Shown one piece after another: positions 57,377 through 64,000 of a stretch of DNA of 64,000 nt (position 1 is the first letter of the stretch; every line of letters begins with the position of its first letter). Origin of the DNA: an uncultured Acidobacteriaceae bacterium (GTDB taxonomy: Bacteria; Acidobacteriota; Terriglobia; Terriglobales; Acidobacteriaceae); NCBI GenBank assembly GCA_963827765.1, contig CAWHBX010000002.1, forward strand, positions 912,684-976,683, given 5' to 3'. A program made the translations under genes and the position numbers. A model generated the notes under the pieces. That model did not search any database and was not told where the DNA came from. It saw only the letters and a program-made list of their open reading frames with translations.

Positions 57377-58225
57377 CTACGCCGCTTGCACCATAAAATC
57401 CAGCGCCCGCGCGATATACGCCTTCATCTCCTTGCGCGGAACCACGGCATCGAGCATTCCGTGTTCCAGGAGAAACTCCGATCGCTGAAATCCTGGCGGC
57501 AGCTTTTGCCGGATCGTCTGCTCAATCACGCGCGGCCCGGCGAAGCCAATCAGCGCGCCCGGTTCGCCAATGTTGAGATCGCCCAACATGGCGAACGACG
57601 CGGTCACGCCCCCCGTGGTGGGATCGGTCAGGACCGAAATGTACGGGACCCGTGCATTGTCCAGCCGCGCCAGCGCGGCGGCGATTTTCGCCAGTTGCAT
57701 CAGGCTGATTGGGCCTTCCATCATGCGCGCGCCACCCGATGCCGAAACGATGACGAGCGGCGTCCGCGTTTCCAGCGCCTTTTCGATGGCCCGCGTAATG
57801 GCCTCGCCCACTACCGCTCCCATGCTCCCGCCGATAAACGAATATTCCATCGAGACCACGATCACCGGGCGTCCGTTCAGTTTGCCTTGGGCATTGATGA
57901 TCGCGTCTTTCAGGCCCGTGTCTGCCTTCGCCTGCTTCAGCCGCGAGGAGTACGCCTTCAGATCCACAAACTTCAGTGGGTCGTTGGAGCTGAGATTGCC
58001 GTCGAAAACTTCGTACTGATTGCCGTCGAGAAGCAGCGCCAGCCGCGCCCGCGCGTCAATGCGAAAGTGTTTGCCGCACTTCGGGCAGACGTTGAGGTTC
58101 TCTTCGAGGTCTTTCTTCCAGATGATCTGCCGGCAGTTGTCGCACTTCACCCACAAACCCTCGGTGCGTACCTTCTTCTCGCCCGAAGTATCCAACTCAC
58201 CGGATTGTCGTTTGAACCAAGTCAT
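57377..58225 (-). CDS. accD: Acetyl-CoA carboxylase carboxyltransferase beta subunit
   Basis: Zinc ribbon CDNCRQ...CPKCGKH. GGSMG and GGARMMEG regions. The MTWFKRQ start is preferred over 58240, which lies in repeat sequence. Confidence 0.92.
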   Translation of the reverse strand: MTWFKRQSGELDTSGEKKVRTEGLWVKCDNCRQIIWKKDLEENLNVCPKCGKHFRIDARARLALLLDGNQYEVFDGNLSSNDPLKFVDLKAYSSRLKQAKADTGLKDAIINAQGKLNGRPVIVVSMEYSFIGGSMGAVVGEAITRAIEKALETRTPLVIVSASGGARMMEGPISLMQLAKIAAALARLDNARVPYISVLTDPTTGGVTASFAMLGDLNIGEPGALIGFAGPRVIEQTIRQKLPPGFQRSEFLLEHGMLDAVVPRKEMKAYIARALDFMVQAA

Positions 58226-58226
58226 A

Positions 58227-58358
58227 GCTGATCGGGTCATCGGGTGATCGGGTCATCGGGCCATCTAAATCCCGATTCATCCGATGCTGTAATACTCGAT
58301 CAAGCCGAGGCGGCCAGGTTCAGATCACCCGATCACCCGATGGCCCGATCACCCGATC
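58227..58358. repeat. Hairpin with stems made of gatcgggt/acccgatc-type words between cobO and accD
   Basis: The left arm (58227-58265) is complementary to the right arm (58323-58358). Confidence 0.75.
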
Positions 58359-58895
58359 CTAGTATTCAATTCCTCTCTGCGCCATCACGCCATTCTCGTA
58401 AGCGTGCTTGATCTGGCGCATTTCCGTCACCGTATCGGCCAGCTCGACAATGGCCGGATGCGCGTTCCTTCCGGTCAAGATGACGTGCACCATCTCCGGC
58501 TTCTGTTTCAGAAACTCCGCCACTCGCGCCGCGTCCAGCATACCGTAGCCGATGGCGTAATTGATTTCGTCGAGCACGACCAAATCCCATTCGCCGGACT
58601 GGATCGCTTTCTCGGCCTCGGCCCAAGCCTCTTCCACCATGCGCACGTCTTCGGGATCCGGCTTTTCGGCGCCGACTTTTACGAAGCCGCGTCCCATCTG
58701 CTTGATGATGAACTTGCCGCCAAAAGCCTGGACCGCGTCGAGCTCGCCGTAATGCCACGAGCCCTTCAAAAATTGCAGCATCAGGACGCGCATCCCCTGC
58801 CCAACCGCCCGCAACGCCGTCCCCATCGCAGCGGTGGTCTTCCCCTTGCCGGGGCCGGTATTCACAATAATAAGACCGCGGCGAAGGTCAGGCAT
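58359..58895 (-). CDS. cobO: Cob(I)yrinic acid a,c-diamide adenosyltransferase (CobO/BtuR type)
   Basis: GPGKGKTTAAMGTALRAVGQGMRVLMLQFLKG and HVILTGRNA are present. Start at MPDLRRG. Confidence 0.85.
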   Translation of the reverse strand: MPDLRRGLIIVNTGPGKGKTTAAMGTALRAVGQGMRVLMLQFLKGSWHYGELDAVQAFGGKFIIKQMGRGFVKVGAEKPDPEDVRMVEEAWAEAEKAIQSGEWDLVVLDEINYAIGYGMLDAARVAEFLKQKPEMVHVILTGRNAHPAIVELADTVTEMRQIKHAYENGVMAQRGIEY

Positions 58896-58963
58896 AAGGA
58901 AGATCCGGCATAAAGCCGAGTTTTTAATTGTACGCGGATAGGAATCCCCGTGCCACACCCACC

Positions 58964-58998
58964 AACAAAAAGGCGGACGGTTTTGGCTTCCGTCCGCC
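58964..58998 (-). terminator. Rho-independent terminator (minus strand)
   Basis: On the minus strand: ggcggacgg aagccaaaa ccgtccgcc, followed by tttttgttgg. Confidence 0.65.
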
Positions 58999-59024
58999 CT
59001 GCGTCACCCCGGAGAAAAGGGACT

Positions 59025-59192
59025 CTACGGCATTTCGACAACTCTCGACGGCCTCGGCCGATCTTCGCCCGTTGCCGCCTTTGGATCCTCGGCGCCCAGC
59101 AGGCGCGCTGCGATCCGCAGGGCCTCCATCTCTTTGCGGACCCGCAGCAACTCCTGCTCTTTCATTCGTAGTACGTCGTACGGGTTTTTCAT
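59025..59192 (-). CDS. Hypothetical small coiled-coil protein
   Basis: MKNPYDVLRMKEQELLRVRKEMEALRIAARLL. It is followed by the terminator at 58964-58998. No family recognised. Confidence 0.3.
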   Translation of the reverse strand: MKNPYDVLRMKEQELLRVRKEMEALRIAARLLGAEDPKAATGEDRPRPSRVVEMP

Positions 59193-59351
59193 TGGGGGGA
59201 GGGCCTCGCTTGCAAATTCAGACTTCTTTCGCCTGTCAAGAAATACAGTAAACAAGTTTCGCGCCCTTGGAAAGCTTCCAGAGGTGCATCGGGGCCGGGA
59301 ATCGCGCCCGCGGCCACGGGGCTGAGTGGCCGCTGTCCCGTTACCACAAGG

Positions 59352-59798
59352 TTAATGTCCTAAATGGTAAGGATGGTTTTTAAGAATGGTGAACGCGCGA
59401 TAAAGCTGCTCGACCAGAACGACGCGCGCCAGTTCGTGCGGCAGCGTCATCTTTCCCAGGGACAGCATAAACCCGGCGCTGCGCCGCGTTCTTTCGCTAA
59501 AGCCGTTGCTGCCTCCAATCGCGAACAGCAGCGGAATCGCGTTCACCCGCTCGCGCTCCAGAAACCCGGCCAGCTCTTCGGATGAAAACTGTTCCCCCCG
59601 CGAATCGAGCAGAACCAGCTTGTGCGGCTCCTTTTTCGGCTGCCATTTGCAGGTCGCCAGCGACAAAAGTGCGGCCTCGTCTTTCAATGCCAGCCCCGCA
59701 ACTTCGGCATAGCGCGAGATCCGTTTCAGATACTCGTTGGTCAGGGCCTCAATCGCCGGCTCTTTCGTCTTCCCAATCCATGCCACTTTGATCTTCAC
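59352..59798 (-). CDS. rlmH: 23S rRNA (pseudouridine1915-N3)-methyltransferase
   Basis: MKIKVAWIGKTKEP... and a C-terminal SLGKMTLPHELARVVLVEQLYRAFTILKNHPYH. Confidence 0.9.
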   Translation of the reverse strand: MKIKVAWIGKTKEPAIEALTNEYLKRISRYAEVAGLALKDEAALLSLATCKWQPKKEPHKLVLLDSRGEQFSSEELAGFLERERVNAIPLLFAIGGSNGFSERTRRSAGFMLSLGKMTLPHELARVVLVEQLYRAFTILKNHPYHLGH

Positions 59799-59804
59799 AG
59801 GGTT

Positions 59805-60602
59805 TCAGGCTCTCCCCGACGCCAGCACCACGTCCGCGCCGAACCGTATCTCATCGCCCACGCGATAGCGCTCGATCGCCATTTTCGCTTCGGCGCGGAC
59901 CGCCGGCCAATCTTCCGCCCGCACCCGTTCCAACATGGGACGAAACGGGGCCGCCACGGCGCACACGTATTCGAAAACGTCTTCCGCGTCTCCGTCCGCG
60001 CCTCCCGGCCAGGTCCAGGGCAAATTGCGGGCCGACTCCTCGATCTCGTGAAATCCAGAAGCGCTGAGCACCTCAAAAAGCGAGCCCGCAGCCGCGTATC
60101 GAAAAAGATCGGACCCGCCCGGTTGAAGCATGGCTCCGCCCACATGCCGGTGCACGATTTTCATCGTGGTTTGCCAATACGGTTGTTCCATCGGACCCCA
60201 AGCGGCGAAGCAGGCGCGGGCTCCGGGCTTCAACACGCGGCGCAGTTCCGTCAGCGCTCGTTTCGCATCGCTGAAAAACATCACCCCAAAGCGGCAGGTC
60301 GCAAGATCGAAGCTCCCGTCGGCAAATGGCAACTGGTGCGCGTCGCCCTGCTGTGTAGTGAAGTTGAGGAGGTTCTTGCTCCGCGCCCGCTCGGCGGCAA
60401 TTTCGAGCAGTTCCGAACTCTGGTCCACCGCTGTGACCGAACCGCGAGGACCAACACGCAGCGCCAAACTGATCGCAGGCTCACCGGTGCCGCTGGCCAG
60501 ATCGAGAACGCGCATTTCGGGCAATGGACGCGAGTATTCCACCAAAGCTTCGGTGACTGCGTTGCCGATCGCCGCCGATTTTGCCTTCCACTTTTCCGCC
60601 AT
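59805..60602 (-). CDS. Class I SAM-dependent methyltransferase (type 11 / UbiE-like)
   Basis: VLDLASGTGEPAISLA motif I and FDLATCRFGVMFF. Start at MAEKWKAK. The longer ORF upstream (to 61001) overlaps rsfS in another frame. Confidence 0.8.
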   Translation of the reverse strand: MAEKWKAKSAAIGNAVTEALVEYSRPLPEMRVLDLASGTGEPAISLALRVGPRGSVTAVDQSSELLEIAAERARSKNLLNFTTQQGDAHQLPFADGSFDLATCRFGVMFFSDAKRALTELRRVLKPGARACFAAWGPMEQPYWQTTMKIVHRHVGGAMLQPGGSDLFRYAAAGSLFEVLSASGFHEIEESARNLPWTWPGGADGDAEDVFEYVCAVAAPFRPMLERVRAEDWPAVRAEAKMAIERYRVGDEIRFGADVVLASGRA

Positions 60603-60651
60603 CTTCAGGCGAAACGAGGAACCCCACGGAACTGGATTCGCAGCGGACACT

Positions 60652-61167
60652 TCAGCCCTTCTTCTTACGCGTTTTCTTGGTCGCCGCCGAAGCGGTCTTG
60701 CCAGCGACGGATTTTGCGGTTGCGAGTTTGGCAATCTTAATTCTAGTAATCGAAGTTTTAGCAATCTTTGGTTGTGCCGCCGCCCGCCGCGTCTTCGGCT
60801 TGGCCAGCAATTCCGCCGGTTCCAGCCGCTTGGCCGACTTCCACAGCCGTTCCAGATCGTAAAACTGGCGCGCCTTCTCGGAGAAAATATGGACGACGAA
60901 GTCCACGTAGTCGAGCAGCACCCACTCCGCCTGCTTGTAGCCCTCGGAGTGCGTGACGCGCAGACCCAGCGCCTCCAGCCGCTCGTCCACCGCGTCGGCA
61001 ATCGCCTGGATCTGGCGCGGATTCGTCCCGCTGCACATCACAAAGTAGTCGGTGAACGCTCCCGAATCTTTTTCCAGTTCGAGGACCGTAACATCGTCGG
61101 CTTGTTTGTCGTGGCAGGCGAGGATAGCTTCACTGACCTGCCGTTTGAGGTCGTCCTGTTTTTTCAT
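60652..61167 (-). CDS. rsfS: Ribosome silencing factor RsfS with a Lys/Ala-rich C-terminal tail
   Basis: DDVTVLELEKDSGAFTDYFVMCSGTNPRQIQAIADAV...WVLLDYVDFVVHIFSEKARQFYDLERLW is present. Confidence 0.9.
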   Translation of the reverse strand: MKKQDDLKRQVSEAILACHDKQADDVTVLELEKDSGAFTDYFVMCSGTNPRQIQAIADAVDERLEALGLRVTHSEGYKQAEWVLLDYVDFVVHIFSEKARQFYDLERLWKSAKRLEPAELLAKPKTRRAAAQPKIAKTSITRIKIAKLATAKSVAGKTASAATKKTRKKKG

Positions 61168-61414
61168 AGGTGTTCATTGATTGTAACCCGCAAGGAGCCG
61201 GGTGGGTGGTAGCGCTGACATCGCGCGAAGGGGAAGATCGGTTCGCTACGTCGGGCAGTCACAAGCACACAGTCGCCGATAACTTGTGATATGGCGATTT
61301 ATCGCCAAACGAGGGTAGCTTCCGACTTGCCGACCACCAGAACGGAGTTCGGAGTGTACATATGACCCGACTCGCCCATCAGAAAACGTCACGGAAGCCG
61401 TTGGATTAGCAAGC

Positions 61415-62725
61415 TCATAGTGAACTGGGATACCGTTTCAGGTACTCGCGAATGAACTCATCCGAGTCGGACACGTCGCTTTCGACCACAATGAGCACCA
61501 CGCCACTCGTCCAATAGAACCTCCCTTTCCCCGGATCTTTGGGATTTTCATCGGCCATGATTGTGTTGCCAAATTTCTGAACTCTCTTCGGATGAGTGAA
61601 ATACCCAGCGCCATTTCCGTAGTGCATGCCTTCCAGTTCATATGTGGACCACCGCGAGCCCGGCCACTGGGAAACCTGCACCTTCACGTCTGCCGGGTTT
61701 GCCTCGCATCTGTAGTCAAGGCGCATGTAACAAGCGGTAAAGGTCACGGATGCCGGTTGATTCCCTATGGCCGCGTTGTTAAGTCGGCTCAAGAGCTGCG
61801 CGGTCCTATCGGCGATGGGATGGAGAAGGACAGCTTGCTCATTTGACATCGGCGCGACAGGCGCCAGGTTCTGTAGTGTTGGATGCGCAAGCAGATATCG
61901 GGTAAATTCCGCTTGCTGGCGGCGGAAGTTATGGGTAACCCATGTGACCCTTGCCACATACGACACGAGAGAGGCAGCCAAGAGTGCGATGAACAGTCGT
62001 CCCCAAAGCGGAATCCTCAACGCATGTCCTTCGGGTGGTGGGGCATCGAGCTGTGCCGGACGGAGGTTCGACGGACGGGTCCTTTTGGACCAAACCCAAA
62101 CGGGCGCGGGTAAATAGGCTGCCAGCAAACACCCCATTCCCGCTTGCCAGACTACGTAGAGTGGAATCAAGCCGGGTATATCCCCCGGTTTTGAGTCCTG
62201 ACCGAAAAACAGAGCACCGAGTGAGTATCCGAACACGCCGAGAACTCCACCTCCAAGCGTGCAGAGCTGGATGCCTTGGCGCAACTTTGTGGTTTCGTCG
62301 CGGTACAGAAGGAGAACGGTAGTCGAGAGGATCAGCGCTCCAATCACCCCTCCAACGAACATTACATAGCTAGGTGGATTCGTATTATTTCTGGTGCCGA
62401 AGTCAAAAGCGGGGTGTGGAACAAACATGTATGCCCAGAACGTCGAGAAAAACGCAACGATATAGGCGACCGTCGAGGATACAACGACAGCCACAGCCCT
62501 TCCGATCAACCGCGGGCGATAAAACACCCAGAGGCAAATGGCAAGAATGATGCCGAATATTACGCCGACGTATATACCAACGTCGGGAAGGAAGTTTCGT
62601 GGTAGAGGTGGGTGAATCGTCAGAATGCCGGAGATAACTCCCGCGCACCCTAGAATTGAAATGGATCGTTTTCTACTAGACATACACGCCCTCAATCCCT
62701 TCAGCGGAGTTGAAAACCTGTTCAT
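61415..62725 (-). CDS. Hypothetical polytopic membrane protein with a C-terminal soluble domain, in a lower-GC segment
   Basis: Clean 436-aa ORF with about 7 hydrophobic helices, then a soluble domain of about 170 aa. No family recognised. Confidence 0.55.
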   Translation of the reverse strand: MNRFSTPLKGLRACMSSRKRSISILGCAGVISGILTIHPPLPRNFLPDVGIYVGVIFGIILAICLWVFYRPRLIGRAVAVVVSSTVAYIVAFFSTFWAYMFVPHPAFDFGTRNNTNPPSYVMFVGGVIGALILSTTVLLLYRDETTKLRQGIQLCTLGGGVLGVFGYSLGALFFGQDSKPGDIPGLIPLYVVWQAGMGCLLAAYLPAPVWVWSKRTRPSNLRPAQLDAPPPEGHALRIPLWGRLFIALLAASLVSYVARVTWVTHNFRRQQAEFTRYLLAHPTLQNLAPVAPMSNEQAVLLHPIADRTAQLLSRLNNAAIGNQPASVTFTACYMRLDYRCEANPADVKVQVSQWPGSRWSTYELEGMHYGNGAGYFTHPKRVQKFGNTIMADENPKDPGKGRFYWTSGVVLIVVESDVSDSDEFIREYLKRYPSSL

Positions 62726-62901
62726 GGAATGATTGTACTGTCACCTTAACCGTGGCCACGCGACTTTCGCGCCTGAGACGCCAATTCATTAGATGGATGG
62801 TGTCACTGGTCGTATTACGGGCAAACCGGAAGTTCACTGTTGTAATCAGGCCATTCCACCACTATTCCCCGCTCTCGCATCCACCTCGTAGTGACCAGTT
62901 C

Positions 62902-63576
62902 TCACGCGCCCTTCCGATACAGCCCGTGCTTCCGAATGTAATCCGCCACCATCGGATCCACCCACCGCGTTAGCGCCTTGCCCTGCGCCGCCGCCGCCCG
63001 AATCGCGGTCGCGGAGACGCTCTGCCGAACTCCGTCCAGCAAGTGCAGCCCGACTCCGGGAAAAATCAGATCGCCCTTTACCGCCTGCTTCTGCAACGCG
63101 CGCGCCGCCGCAGGTTGCAATTCTTCCGGCAACGCCAGGGCTACGTCCCGCAACGAATGTCCCGGACGGCTGGCCACGATGAAATCGCATTCCCCGAGCA
63201 GCGCCCGCGCCTCGTGCCAACTCGCAATGTCTTTGAAGGCGTCAATTCCGATCAGAAAGAAAAGACGGTCAGATTTTTTGAGAGTTTGTTTTAGGCGTCG
63301 AACCGTATCAATCGAATAATTCGCCTCCTCGGATTGAGGCTCGCTCCCCGCCTCTAGCAGCGACGCCGTGAATCTTCGTTCCTCCCTCGTCCCCAGCGCC
63401 ACCATCGCATACCGATGAACAAACGCCGCCAGCGGCTGCTTCTGTTTGTGCGGAGGAACGTTCGCCGGCACAAACAGCACTCGCCCCAGAGCGAAGCGCT
63501 GGGTGGCCGCCTGCGCCAGTGCCATGTGTCCGCGATGGATAGGATCGAAGCTGCCACCAAAAAACCCTATATTCAT
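62902..63576 (-). CDS. nadD: Nicotinate-nucleotide adenylyltransferase
   Basis: MNIGFFGGSFDPIHRGHM and ISATAIR are present. Confidence 0.9.
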   Translation of the reverse strand: MNIGFFGGSFDPIHRGHMALAQAATQRFALGRVLFVPANVPPHKQKQPLAAFVHRYAMVALGTREERRFTASLLEAGSEPQSEEANYSIDTVRRLKQTLKKSDRLFFLIGIDAFKDIASWHEARALLGECDFIVASRPGHSLRDVALALPEELQPAAARALQKQAVKGDLIFPGVGLHLLDGVRQSVSATAIRAAAAQGKALTRWVDPMVADYIRKHGLYRKGA

Positions 63577-63647
63577 TTCGATTCCCCCTGCCTTATTTTT
63601 CTGCGCCGCCCCGCTAGTTTCGTCGTTTGCCGCCCACGGTTGCAAGT

Positions 63648-63684
63648 CCTGTTGCCGGACCTATTGCCGGACCTATTGCCAGAC
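63648..63684. repeat. Three tandem 12-13-nt direct repeats (cctgttgccggac / ctattgccggac / ctattgccagac)
   Basis: Read directly from the sequence, in the intergenic region upstream of nadD. Confidence 0.8.
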
Positions 63685-63871
63685 TATGTTCCCCACACGC
63701 CGATTTATGCTAAAGTGTTTTGCGAATATGGCATGTGAGATTAGGCTGTGGACACGGCGTTTGCTCTTGTGCCGACTGTCGTCCCGGTGGGCCGTTTTGC
63801 CGCCTGGGAAGTGAGGTGGATTCGCATAATTCGCACTGTGCTCGGTCTGCGCATGGCATGGGCCCGAAAGA

Positions 63872-64000
63872 ATGAAACTTCCCCTCACCCGCAGGTTGGT
63901 CGTAACCCCGGCGCGCACTCCCATCCTGCGCTATAGTGTCGCTCTTCTGAGCACGCTGTTGGCGCTGATTCCAACCTTATTTTTTTCCGATATTGCCGAG
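63872..64000 (+). CDS. Possible start of a membrane/sensor protein, cut by the window edge
   Basis: ATG at 63872 opens MKLPLTRRLVVTPARTPILRYSVALLSTLLALIPTLFF with no stop before the edge. Too short to classify. Confidence 0.25.
   Translation, partial: MKLPLTRRLVVTPARTPILRYSVALLSTLLALIPTLFFSDIAE

Noticed and set aside
58227-58358. Possible CRISPR-like array, because of the reiterated gatcacccgat units (also at 47556-47620)
   Set aside because: The units are 8-11 nt and contiguous, with no unique spacers. The two blocks are reverse complements forming a hairpin. No cas genes are present in the window.
60603-61001. N-terminal 133 codons of the 398-aa minus-strand ORF 59805-61001
   Set aside because: This part overlaps rsfS in another frame and is Arg/Trp/Ser-rich. 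The methyltransferase fold begins at the internal MAEKWKAK start (60602).
59622-61212. + strand ORFs of 372 aa and 360 aa
   Set aside because: They are antisense to the rlmH, methyltransferase and rsfS genes, all of which carry clear motifs.

Overview
This is a high-GC, gene-dense chromosomal window. Gene content and repeat families suggest Acidobacteriota/Terriglobia, but that is an unverified inference. All product calls come from motif recognition in the supplied ORF translations. No database search was run, and start codons are approximate.

I support about 50 CDS, 2 tRNAs (Ser-UGA, Val-UAC), 2 gene remnants, several terminators and several families of palindromic intergenic repeats.

Housekeeping blocks:
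- rnc-lepB-lepB-asmA
- tatA-tatC
- lysS, rhlE
- rpsO-pnp
- hemX-like/hemA/hemC/hemD
- folC, accD, cobO
- rlmH, rsfS, nadD

Accessory and more interesting parts:
1. A 10.4-kb block (42.47-52.87 kb) lies directly downstream of tRNA-Val. It carries an S53 peptidase, an ABC exporter, a Spy/CpxP-like protein and a TonB-dependent receptor. It is bounded by AT-rich, degenerate inverted-repeat modules of about 170-200 nt with a conserved GC-hairpin core.
2. A translationally coupled four-gene module (30.5-34.6 kb): ECF sigma, zf-HC2 anti-sigma, B-box polytopic membrane protein, LiaF-like DUF4097 protein.
3. A degraded integration scar at tRNA-Ser: an integrase pseudogene and a ROK fragment, followed by an ECF sigma/anti-sigma pair and a lower-GC orphan lipoprotein.
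4. Long hairpins whose stems are built from different short-word repeats. Copies of the same words sit in frame inside coding sequences (ThiE-like protein, ABC exporter, second anti-sigma factor).
5. Unusual protein architectures:
   - an internal TM anchor plus lipoprotein signal inside the S53 peptidase ORF
   - an RGG-rich tail on PNPase
   - a Lys/Ala-rich tail on RsfS
   - a duplicated CQCARCRTRR unit in the B-box protein

I saw no CRISPR array, rRNA, intact transposase or recognisable defence system.
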